Of a DNA stretch of 64,000 nt, positions 23,801 through 34,951 are shown piece after piece. Source of the stretch: Heterodontus francisci (Eukaryota). The notes under the pieces were generated by a model that was given only the letters and a program-made list of their open reading frames with translations, was not told the origin of the DNA and did no database searches. Positions within the stretch are counted from its first letter, which is position 1. Every line of letters begins with the position of its first letter. The DNA is taken from contig NC_090376.1 in the NCBI RefSeq assembly GCF_036365525.1, positions 141,988,966-142,052,965 on the forward strand, in the 5' to 3' direction. The translations under genes were made by a program, and so were the position numbers.

Positions 23801-24989
23801 CTTATCCATTACAAATGTGATTTCCAACTCTACAGAATAGAGTGCCACAGTTTCACATCAGTTCTCCTTGCAGTGAGTCTCAATTTGAGCAGTCATAAGA
23901 GGCCAAGTTTAATACAGACAAATCTCCACAGGTATGTGAGGAGGGGGATGTCAGAAAGAGAACAGTTACTGAGCTGTGCCCATGTGCTTCCTAATAGTAG
24001 ACTATCAACAGCATTGGTAAAGATCTTAGAGCTGAATATCCACCTTCATTCGTAGCGATACTTGGTATGTGGCTCAGACTAAGGAGAAAGGGAAAGAAAA
24101 TAATGTGAAAATTAAGGGATTTAATCTTGATATTCCTAACAATTTTAAGAATAAATAAGATAACAAACAAATAATTAGTAAAGTGCATAACTAAGTAGTT
24201 GCCTCATATCAGAATTTCCTCTATATCATAATAGCCAAAAATTCCTACTTCAGAAATGGTGCAGATTTTGGTATATATTCTGGCACAGCATTCACAGTAA
24301 CTGTTATGACATTAAAACCAAAGTGTGATTCATTCTAAACAAAATTAATATGAAGAAATAGAGATATGCACATCCTTGGCAGAACTTCAAATTTGAAATA
24401 GGAATGAGCAGATGTTTATGATGGAAAAAGAATGATTTATTAACAGACTTGCCCTTGTTTTAATTTAAAAAGAGGTAGCTGAGTGATATTGAACTACTTC
24501 TCAGTCTATTTCATGGATACCAAGAAACAAAATAGTACACTTGATTTGGGATTTCAATTAGGGATTTTTGTTCTCCCTCAGTTATTCCCCTTCCTTTCCT
24601 GAAGCACTTACTCAAGGTGGGCATGATTCCACAAGTATTGACAGTCCCTTGATAGCCACCCAAGTGGCTGTTATTTATGGAGAAGCCAAGACAGCAACTG
24701 TCATCATTTGTTCGACTGCAGGGGACTTCACAGTTAATCCCAGTTCAATCAATGTATAGATTTTAGCAGGGTTCACTGACTAGCCATTGGGAGTGGGAAC
24801 CTTGAGTGATTTTCTTTTCCTCTCCCTAATCCAAGGAGACTGTGACTGATTATAGTCCTCCTAAAGCTCCTCCAGGCTCAGCTCAGCTAACTCATTGAAT
24901 TGAATTTAAGACCTTCCCAATGTCTATGGGAGAATGGGATTAACTAGTTTATTATTTATCAGTTGATCCAACATCGTCTATGGGAAGGC

Positions 24990-25200
24990 TTTTAAAAGCA
25001 ATAAGGAATTAAATTAACACTTATTTAGTAAGTCACGGGTTAATTAAGGGCAGCCAGTATGAATTTGTAAAAGGCAAATTATGTTTGACCAATTTAGTAG
25101 AATTCTTTGAGGAAATAACTGTCTTTATAGAGGGAAAAGTGCAGAGACTAGAGAAACAGGTTTTTTTTTTACTCAAACAAAGAAGGTTGTAAGTTGTGAT
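24990..25200 (+). mobile_element. Old CR1 RT fragment (continues about 25945-26190 and 26660-26760)
   Basis: SQYEFVKGKLCLTNLVEFFEE motif. Confidence 0.65.
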
Positions 25201-25224
25201 GACAGGTCACAGACATGAAACGTT

Positions 25225-25856
25225 GGGCTGGATTTTACGGCAGGTGGACAGGAGCTGGCCATGGCATAAAAGTCAGTGGCGAGCCCGCTTCTGCCTGGCC
25301 TGGGGATCTGTCCTGCATTTTACAGGTCCCTGGGCTTTAACTGGTCCGAGATGGGACTTCCAGCAGCTTGAGGGAGGAAGTCCCACCTCATTGAGCTGCC
25401 AGCCAATCATCGGTCCGGCAACTCTTAGTCCCAGCTGCGTCACCAGGAATGGTGGCCACTGCTGGGATTGCAGCCCAGCCGAGGACATGGAGCCAGGAGC
25501 GCAGGTAAGTTAGAGTTACCTCGCTGGGGGATCGGTCACGTCCCGGCGAGGCACGGGTGGTCATTTGGGGGGAAGGGGGGGGGCATCTCGGGTCCTGGGG
25601 GTGGTTGGGGAAGCGGGGCGGCCCTCAATCAGGCACCCTGTGCCCATTTGTCAGGTCCCACCCCCGTGGCACTGTGAGGCCACCTAGTTTCACTGGGTGA
25701 CCTTTCGCATCTCCCGGACGCCCACTTGCCACAAGTAAAATCCCCCTGGAGGCGGGCGAAGGCCCTGAAGTGGCCTCCCGGAGCCTCCCGCTCAATTTTA
25801 CACCCCCCCCATCCCCGCCACCATACAGCTCGCTGGAGTGGCATAAAATTCCGGCT
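25225..25856. mobile_element. Harbinger-type MITE inserted in a Penelope-derived repeat
   Basis: TIRs GGGCTGGATTTTAC / TAAAATTCCGGCT; GTT on both sides; flanks join as AGGTCACAGACATGAAACGTT...GTTTCTCTCTCCACAGATGCTG. Confidence 0.85.
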
Positions 25857-26971
25857 GTTTCTCTCTCCACAGATGCTGAATATTTCCAGCACTTTCTATT
25901 TTTTATTTCAGATTTCCAGCATCCACAGTATTTTGCTTTATTTTAAGGTTATAAGGAGAACTGATAGAGGTATTCCAAATTTTGAGATTTTTTGACAAAG
26001 TAAATTGAGAAAATTTATTTTTGCAGGTTGATGAAGCAGTTACTAAATTTAAGATCATCACCAAAAGAATGAAAGGAGAAATTGGAGTTTTTTTAACTTG
26101 GATTTTTTGGATATTAAAGAATACAAATTGCTATGTTCTGGATTTGTTTCTCGATCATCAAATGAGGACCACACTGGCAAGGTTAGCAGTAAGATGGCCC
26201 CCATCCAATCTGTGCATAAGTTTATGCCACTGCTAAATTCGCTGGGCTCATTTTTTAGGCATCCCAGGCAGCCACCTAAAACAACTATTGGGCCCTGTGT
26301 TTTTGTTAATTGGGGCCTAATGGCCATTCAACTTCTGCCTGCCCTGCTCAGAATTTTTCAGTGGCCCTTGTGGGCCACCAAGTAAAGGTACTTTTTTTTA
26401 ATATAAATTTTTAAGTACCTTCCTGTGGAGCCAGGAGGAGCAGGAGTAAAAATTCAACTTCACAGACATCATGATTGGCATCACTCCAACCATCTTCCTG
26501 AGAGCAGCAGGCAGGTAACGTGACAACCAGCAATGCATAAGCTGCCTGTGGAGGCACAGCAGGTGGCAGTATTTCATGCATAAAGTATTAATGCAACCAA
26601 AGGTCCAAATCCTCACTGCTGACCTTGTGCCTCCTGGTCTCCTGCAATTCCAAAAGATTATGGGAAAGAAACTAGGCAAATGGAGTGAACTGGACAACTC
26701 TTTCAGAGATTGGTCATGGACATGATGGGATGGATAATCTCCTGTGTTATAAAATTCGATGAGGATAATTTTGAAATTTTCCCCCGGGTGATAACCTGAT
26801 GGATTGGGTCACCTTCTTTATAAAACCCAATCAACATTTATTCTATGGGTTTGGAATGGAAGAAAAATCGAACAGGTTCTACAATGGGTGGGGGATCCAT
26901 TCTGCATTGTTACTGGCCAGGCAGTAACGTTGAAAATTACCCCCAATTATTCTATGGCTTACTGGTTAAAT

Positions 26972-27733
26972 CATGGGAAAAAATCAAGCGCATGGGAAAG
27001 GCTTCCACTGCTATGTCCAGACTGGCCAAGAGAGTGTGGGAAAATGGCGCACTGACACGGAACACAAAAGTCCGAGTGTATCAAGCCTGTGTCCTCAGTA
27101 CCTTGCTCTATGGTAGCGAGGCCTGGACAACATATGTCAGCCAAGAGCGACGTCTCAATTCATTCCATCTTTGCTGCCTCCGGAGAATACTTGGCATCAG
27201 GTGGCAGGACTATATCTCCAACACAGAAGTCCTCGAGGCGGCCAACATCCCCAGCTTATACACACTACTGAGTCAGCAAAGCTTGAGATGGCTTGGCCAT
27301 GTGAGCCGCATGGAAGATGGCAGGATCCCCAAAGACACATTGTACAGCGAGCTCGCCACTGGTATCAGACCCACCGGCCGTCCATGTCTCCTCTTCAAAG
27401 ACTCTGCAAACGCGACATGAAATCCTGTGACATTGATCACAAGTTGTGGGAGTCAGTTGCCAGTGTTCGCCAGAGCTGGTGGGCAGTCATAAAGGCAGGG
27501 CTAAAGTGTGGCGAGTCGAAGAGACTTAGCAGTTGGCAGGAAAAAAGACAGAAGCGCAAGGGGAGAGCCAACTGTGTAACAGCCCCGACAAACAAATTTT
27601 TCTGCAGCGCCTGTGGAAGAGCCTGTCACTCTAGAATTGGCCTTTATAGCCACTCCAGGCGCTGCTCCACACACCACTGACCACCTCCAGGTGCTTATCC
27701 ATTGTCTCTCGAGATAAGGAGGCCAAAGATAAG
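26972..27733 (+). mobile_element. 5'-truncated RTE-clade LINE
   Basis: KRMGKASTAMSRLAKRVWENGALTRNTKVRVYQACVLSTLLYGSEAW...CSACGRACHSRIGLYSH; 11-bp TSD ACTGGTTAAAT (26961-26971, 27734-27744); very similar to 36704-37450. Confidence 0.95.
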
Positions 27734-28900
27734 ACTGGTTAAATTATATTAGTTGCTACAAAGTCAGCAGAGTGCTCAACATTTATACCACAGATATTTT
27801 CCAAGCATTGTCTTATGCAACTTCATCCAGCCACCTCTCCAAGCCTGTGTAAGCCACGTCATGATAATCATGTTCTCATGAGTTAGTTAAACAATAGAGC
27901 CAATTCCAAGTACAACATCATTTATTTAACACTACAAGTCATCAATCCTGCTACTTTTCACTTTTTTTTTCACCTGGATGCCTAAAATTGTTTTTCTAAT
28001 ATCTATCCTGGTGGTACAGGCCAGTACCACGAGAGATGGTTGGCTTCTGCTCTGTTGCAACAGGCTCTTGGGACTGAGAAGGCCCATGTTTCATAACAAC
28101 TAAGTGTGGGAAGGACTCGTTGTGAGCTGCATCTCTTGTGTGACTGCCTGGTGTAAGTACAGGTGTACTAGGTAGAATAGCGATGGTTAGCTTTAAACAT
28201 ATATATCCACAGATTAAAGACTCATTCTATAATGGCTATACAAGGTCAAACCTGAAGTATGGGAGACATTACCTCATTAGCCACCCGTGAGAAGAGACAA
28301 GGAATATAGTCAGTTGTAATCAATCAAGGAGAATGTCGGGAAGGAATCTGGTATAAATAGAGGTTGTGTTCTGGATATTCTTTGAAGAAATATGACTTTG
28401 AATGTTACAGAAAACTAATGAGCACTCATGTAAAATATCCCGAGTGTAATAAACAACCTAATACATTAATGAGCTTGCACACCAAATGGCAGTAACTAAC
28501 CTTACCATTAAACAAGCTTACATGTCAAAAGGATACACACAGAACCTGATGGCATTTGTCCCCATATTTGTTATAAGTAATTGCACCTATAAAGGCCACA
28601 ACACACTGGAGCTCCTTGGGGCACTTCAATCTAGCCTTGCTGAGGATAGCATTAGCAGTCAAGATGACCTCCTGAGAAGTCCGGATATTTGAGTTGTGAT
28701 GTTATAAATGGTATGAATATTCCATATACACTGGATATAAGGGGTTATGTTTTACTTGCTCAGTGACTTGATTTAATAAAGTGTGTCAACCAGATATTTC
28801 AGTGCATCCTAGTCCTCAAAACTATGGTAAAGGTAAAGAATGTACAACAATACCCGATACTATTCCCTTGGGATATATGAATATATTATATAAACCCAAC

Positions 28901-29600
28901 GGACTGGATTTTATGGGCCCCCACTGAGGCGGGATCGGAGGAGGGGGGCCTGTAGAATTGAAAAGGGAGATGGGGCCAGAGGATCCATTGCCTCCCCATC
29001 GCCAAGTGATTTTGTCAGGGCAGGATAGGCCAACAACAGTCTTCCCGCCCTGAGGCCATTTACGGCCCTTAAGTGGCCAATTAACAGCCACTTAAGGGCC
29101 CCGTCCTCCCGCCACTGGGAGTTAACCAGCAGCGGGGGAGGTCGCCCAGTAATACGAGGCACCCTTTCTGTGGGTTTGTGTGGATGGGGGGATCCATCCT
29201 CCATGGGCAATCTCCGTGGCCCATGGAGAACACCCGTTGGGAAAAACTCCAACTCCCTGTACCATCCTCCCCCTGCACTACACTCCCACCCTTCCTCTCC
29301 CACCCTCCCCCCACTTGCCAGTGTCTTCTGCACTGGCTCAGATGACCACGCCTAACTTACCTGATGTCCAGAATTTCAATGCTGGGCCAGGGTCCAGGGC
29401 CTCTGCGATTGGCCGGCAGCTCTTGGAGACAGAATCCCCATCTTTAAAGGGATGGGGATCCCAGCACCGGCCACTTAAGTGCTGGAAGAATGCGATACCG
29501 CGCTGGGCGGGGGTGGGGGGCATGGAACAACTGAGGCGGGGTTCCTCCTGCCTTTTCGGCCTGGTGACAGGAGCCCTGCCGGTGCCAGAAAATCCAACCC
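28901..29600. mobile_element. Harbinger-type MITE, 700 bp
   Basis: TIRs GGACTGGATTTT / AAAATCCAACCC; 3-bp TSD AAC. Confidence 0.85.
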
Positions 29601-29674
29601 AACATGTGTAAGCCTAGGTCTGACTTACACACGCTCTTTAAAAAAGTCTTTGATGGCCCAGTCTGAAGGCCTAT

Positions 29675-30110
29675 GATAAAATAGAAGCAAAACACTGTAG
29701 CTGCTGTAAATCTGAAATAAAAACAGAAAGTGCTGGAAATACACAGCAGGCCTGGCAGCATATATGGAGAGAGAAGCAGAGTTAACATTTCAGGTCTGTG
29801 ACCTTTCATCAGAACTGGCAAAGATTAGAAATATAATAGGTTTTGAGTAAGTGAAAGTAACGGTGTAGGGGGAGAAGAAGAACAAAAGGACAGGTCTGTG
29901 ATAGGGTGGAGGGCGAGAGAGATTAAATGACAAATATGTCATTGGGCAAAAGGTAAAGGGAGTGGTAATAGTTGTAGTAAAAGACCAAGCATTTGTTCAG
30001 AGAGCATGTTAATGGCAGAATAATGAATAGCTCTGTCCAAAAGCAAAAACATGAAAAACAAGTTTAAGTCTGCTTCATGGTTAAAAAAAACAATCAAAAT
30101 GGGGGTCACA
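29675..30110 (-). mobile_element. Penelope-like element terminal fragment
   Basis: Reverse complement of the repeat seen at 38166-38297, with additional upstream sequence; contains a hammerhead core. Confidence 0.7.
29780..29816 (-). ncRNA. Minimal type I hammerhead ribozyme motif
   Basis: Minus strand AGUU-CUGAUGA-AGGUC-ACA-GACCU-GAAA-UGUU-AACU: catalytic boxes, 5-bp stem II, stem I AGUU/AACU. Confidence 0.65.
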
Positions 30111-30304
30111 GACTAACACGAATGGATCTTTTCTTGCTGAGTTTTTATTTTTCAATGAAATGTAATTTTGTTGAACATTTGGAATTATTTTTTCACTGTT
30201 TACAGCCATACACTTTAATTTATTTACCCAATCAACCTGACCAAGCTCTCCCCTTGTATCTTAGTAATAATCTTAGTTTAATTTTAAGATTCTTGTTTTG
30301 GACT

Positions 30305-30545
30305 TGAGTATGTCACTCTCAAACAGAATGTGGAATTCAATTGTATTATGATCACTTTTTCCAAAGTATTGTTTGCTAAGAGATTACTAAATTAAACCTG
30401 GCTCATTACACAATACTAGATCTAATATAGCTTTAACCCTGGTTAATTGCACAATGTCTTACTCCAGGAAACTGTCACAAAAGCATTCTACAAACTTATC
30501 TTTGAGACTACCTTTGCTAATTTGATTTGTCCTGTCTATATGTAT
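30305..30545 (-). mobile_element. CR1 endonuclease-end fragment, inverted relative to the adjacent CR1
   Basis: Reverse complement gives ILDLVLCNEPG and GKSDHNTIEFHI motifs. Confidence 0.7.
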
Positions 30546-31260
30546 TAGATTAAAAGAAGAGGCTTATAATGTTCCAAAGATTAGTAGCAAGTCGCAGGAT
30601 TGAGAGTGTTTTAGAAACTGCCAAAGGGCCACCAAAAATTTGATAAAATGGGAAAATATAGAATGAGAGTAAACTAGTTAGGAATATTAAAATAGATTGT
30701 AAGAGCTTTTACAGGTATAGAAAAAGGAAGAGAGTAGCTAAAGTAAATGTTGGTCCCTTAGAAGCAGAGACAGGAGAAATTATTATGGGGAATGAGGAAA
30801 TGGCAGAGGCATTGAACAAATATTTTGTATCTGTATTCACAATAGAAGACACAAATTGAGCTCCTGAAATAGAGGGTAACCTAGGGGCTAAAAAGAGTAA
30901 GGAAATGAAGGTAATTAATATCAGTCGAGAAAAAGTATTGGAGAAATTTAAGGGACTAAAGTCTGAAAAAATCCTCAGGACCTGATAGCCTACATCCAAG
31001 GGTTCTAAAAGAATAGTAATACATGAGGATTGAGAGAGTTTTAGAAACTATCAAAGGGCAAACAAAAAATTGATAAAAAGAAAAAAGATAGAATATTAGA
31101 GTAAAGCACTCAGGAAAATTAAAACAGTTGAGAAGAGCTTTGATAAGTATATAAAAAGGAGCAGAGTAGCTAAAGTAAACAATGGCCCCTTAGAGGCAGA
31201 GACTGGAATAATCATTATGGGGAATAAGGAAATTGGCAGAGACGTTGAACAAATATTTTG
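30545..31260 (+). mobile_element. CR1 ORF2 fragments (two overlapping-region pieces); left arm of the CR1 split by Harbinger
   Basis: RVAKVNVGPLEAETGEIIMGNEEMAEALNKYF at about 30730, with a second, more decayed copy at about 31160; the second ends AACAAATATTTTG and resumes TTGTGTTTGTCTTCACAGTAGAA at 54341. Confidence 0.85.
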
Positions 31261-31559
31261 AGCGAAATTTTCACGATGGAGGTGGGAAATGGAAGTTGAG
31301 GCTGCTTCTGGGTCCTGAAACTGCCTCCGGAAGTAGACTGAAGTCACAATTTGCATGGGGGCAACCTCTTAAATTGGATTGGAGTTAGGTTTAGCAGCCA
31401 ATTAGAGGCCACGGGGCAGGAGCAGAGGCAGGCCAGATGAAGTGTGGGCCCTATTCAGATCACTACTGTGGCTGCTATTTAACTCTTAAGGAAGCAAGCA
31501 AAAGACATCCTGCGAGATTGGAGTGTACTGAAGTATGCAAAGAAGGCATTGGAAAGCCA

Positions 31560-33620
31560 GAGACCTGGCACCCGAGGCAGGACAACCTCCCCGGTTGTTG
31601 GATAGTGAGCTGGAGGTGATGTTTGAGGCCCTGAAGGAGAGGAGAGAGGTGGGAGGAGGAGGCCTGGGTTGAGACAGCTGCTACCATCAGTGGCAAAAGT
31701 GTAATTAGAAGAACAAGGATTCAGTGCCATTAAAGGTTAAATTGCCTCATACGCTCTGGCAAGGTGAGTGCAATCCCCAATCCATAGGACAGGTCTCAAA
31801 GCTTGCACCTTTCAGAAGAAACACCACCTGAGGACCCTTATGGCGCATGCTGCCCCTGCTGAGGACCACTGAAAACTGCCTGGATAGGGGCAGATGCAAT
31901 TGGCCATCAAGGACAGCAGTGCTTTATCTCGCCCTCTTTTGTCCTTGCAGGAAAAAAAGGTAAATAATGCCTGGGAAAGGGTGTTGGCAACTGGTGGGGT
32001 TCCATACCACCAAAGGATAACACCAATGGAGGAACGAGCAGAAGAAATAGCCAAGCTTTCAGATAAGGAAGAAGTCGGGCCTGGCGAGATGACAACCCAT
32101 AGTGCAGATGGTGATTACACAGGGTGAAGTACTTAATAGAGGGGTGCAGTAAAAGCCACCCTGTCCAGTCATTGACTCATGGAGTCATAGAGTTATACAG
32201 CACAGAAACAGGCCCTTTGGCCCATCGTGTCCTTGCCAGCCATCAAGCCTTTCTATCCTAATCCCATTTTCCAGCACTTGGTCCATAGCCTTGTATGCTA
32301 TGGAATTTCAAGTGCTCATCTAAATACTTCTTAAATGTTGTAAGGATTTCTGCCTCCACCATCCCTTCAGGCATTGTGTTCCAAATTCCAACCACCGTCT
32401 GGATGAAAACATTTTTCCTCAAATCCCCTCTAAACCTCCTGCCCCTTGCCTTAAATCTATGCCCCCTAGTTAATGACACCTCCGCTAAAGGAAAAATTTT
32501 CTTCCTATCTAACCTATCAATGCCCCTCATAATTTTGTATACCTCAATCAGGTCCCCTCTCAGCCTTCTCTGCTCCAAGGAAAACAACCCTCGCCTATCC
32601 AGTCTCACTTCATAGCTGAAATGCTCCAACCAGGCCACATCCTGGTGAATCTCCTCTATACCCTCTCCAGTGCAATCACATCCTTCCTATAGTGTGGCGA
32701 CCAGAACTGTACACAGTACTCCAGCTGTGGCCTAACTAGCATTTTGTACAGTTCCATCATAACCTCCCTGCTCATATTCTATGCCTCAGCTAAGAAAGGC
32801 AAGTATTCCATATGCCTTCCTAACCACCTTATTTATCTGTGCTGCTGCCTTCAGTGATCTATGGACAAGTACACCATGGTCCCTCTGACTCTCTGTACTT
32901 CCTAGGGTCCTACCATCCATTGTATATTCCCTTGCCTTGTTAGTCCTCCCAAAATGCATCACCTCACACTTCTCAGGATTAAATTCCATTTGCCACTGCT
33001 CCGCCCATCTTACCAGCCCATCTATATTGTCCTGTAATCTAAGGCTTTCCTCCTCACTATTTACCACACCACCAATTTTCGTGTCAACTCCAGTAGCACT
33101 CCAAGCATTGATTTGCATTGGGAAATCATCCCCTCCCTCTGCAGCCCCAGAGGAACCTCACAAAACAAAGGATACTCCTAGCAAGCGCACCGTCCACTAA
33201 CATAGATATTCTCACCTTGCTGGGCAGTGGCATGCTTTTAGGTAGGCTGGCACTGGGTGAGGAGAACAGCACAAGTGTGCAGGAGGAGGTGCCAGTTGCA
33301 GAGGCAGCTGTGGGCAGTTCCCCTGGGAGGAGGGAGGACAGACATAGCCCTGCTGAGCTTGGCACAGATGCAGGCCTCAGGATTCACAGGAAAGAAGGCT
33401 CTATTTAGAAAAGCAGCAGATGTGCTTCCACATGTCAGAGTTTTATGTGGCAGTGCGGGGTTATGGGCTGAGGATGGAGAAGTCCATCCAGCTCATACGT
33501 GTCACAATAGCTCAGAGTTAAAAGCACATTGCTCCTCCATAGAGAGAGTGGCCACCGTCATGGAGATCCATAAGCGGTGGCACCCTGAGTTGATGCAGAG
33601 CAGTACAGTTGCATGCATAG
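31560..33620 (+). pseudogene. Harbinger Myb/SANT gene remnant (third copy; continues about 44040-44430)
   Basis: PPRLLDSELEVMFEALKERRE...WVETAATISGKSVIRRTRIQCH*RLNCLIRSGK/GTGAGT donor; acceptor GTCCTTGCAG then EKKVNNAWERVLATGGVP; CSSIERVATVME. Confidence 0.75.
32179..33086 (-). mobile_element. 5'-truncated CR1 (HER1-type)
   Basis: ORFs 32786-33118 and 32258-32638 (DTKIGG...WQMEFNPEKCEVMHFG; RRLRGDLIEVYKIM); same family as 42396-43444. Confidence 0.93.
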
Positions 33621-33624
33621 GGAT

Positions 33625-33780
33625 AGAGAAAACACAGCGGGAGCAGAGCTTTGAAAAGCGCGCCAAAAGGAACAGAGTTGGAGACCAGAGAGAGCGAGAG
33701 AAAACACAGTGGGAGCAGAGCTTTATAAAACACGCCGAAAGGAACAGAGTCAGAGACCAGAGAGAGAGAGAGAGAGAGAG
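33625..33780 (+). repeat. Two tandem monomers of about 70 bp plus (GA)n in the CR1 5' UTR
   Basis: GAGAAAACACAG(C/T)GGGAGCAGAGCTTT...AGGAACAGAGT...GAGACCAGAGAGAG repeated twice. Confidence 0.85.
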
Positions 33781-33997
33781 GGTATTTTCAGGGAGAAAAA
33801 CAGTGTGAAATAAAAACAAAGAGTGACATCACAGGAAAACCGTAAGTTCATTGGTTGGTAAGTAACTGCGAGTTGAATTATCTATTCTAAATTGATTGCA
33901 GATTAAAGGTGAATAGGAGAAATATTTTACAGATTAAAAACTAAAGACGAGTCGGAAATTTAAAAAACAAATTAAAATCTAATTAAATAAAATAGAG

Positions 33998-34951
33998 ATG
34001 CAGGGCCAGGTGATGTGTTGTACCTGCATGATGTGGGAGCTGGTGGACCCCATTGTGGTTCCTAGTGACCACATCTGTAGCAAGTGTTGGCTGCTCAAGG
34101 AACTCCGGCTCAGAGTTGATGAGCTGGAGTCTGAGCTTCAGACACTGCGACACATCAGGGAGGGGGAGAGATACCTGGACGCTGTGTTTCAGGAGACAGT
34201 CACACCCCTTAGATTAACTACCTTGAATTTGGCCAGTGGTCAGGGACAGGAGGGTGTGACTATGAGTGAGGCAGGTAGAGGGATCCAGGAGGTAGTGTTG
34301 CAGGAGCCTCAGCCCTTGTCCTTGTCCAACAGGTTCGAGATTCTTGCTCCCTGTGTGGATGAGAGCAGGGACTGTAGGGAAGATGAGCAAACTGACCATA
34401 GCACTGTGGTACAGGGAGCCATTCAAGTGGGGGGAGAAAAGAAAAATGTAGTTGTAATCGGGGATAGTATAGTTAGGGGCATAGACACTGTTCTCTGTGG
34501 CCAGGATCAAGAGTTCTGAAGGCTGCATTGCCTACCTAGTGCTAGGGTTCAGGATATCTCATCTGGGCTGCAAGGGAACTTGGAGTGGGAGGGGAAAAAT
34601 CATGTTGTCGTGGCCCACGTAGGTACCAATGATACAGGTAGAACAAGGATAGAGGTTCTGCTGAGGGAATATGAGCAGCTAGGGGCTAAATTAAAAAGAA
34701 CCAAAAAGGTAATAATCTCCGGATTACTACCTGAGCCACGAGCTAATTGGCACAGGGTCAATAAGACTAAGGAGGTAAATGTGTGACTCAAGGATTGGTG
34801 TGGGAGAAATGGGTTTGAATTAATGGGGCATTGACACCACTACTGGGGAAGGAAGGAGCTGTTCCGATGGGACGGGCTCCATCTGAATCATGCTGGGACC
34901 AGAGTCCTTGCAAATCGTATAACTAGGGCTGCAGCTAGGGCTTTAAACTAA
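33998..34951 (+). pseudogene. CR1 ORF1: zinc finger/leucine zipper plus SGNH esterase domain, with stops
   Basis: CCTCMMW...HICSKCWLLKELRLRVDELESELQTL; VIGDSIVRG; HVGTND; WDGLHLN. Confidence 0.92.

Noticed and set aside
28000-28460. Possible decayed Penelope or LTR end (TATAAATAG, TTTGAAGA...GAAAA, AATAAA)
   Set aside because: Too degenerate; no convincing stems, termini or second copy in the window.
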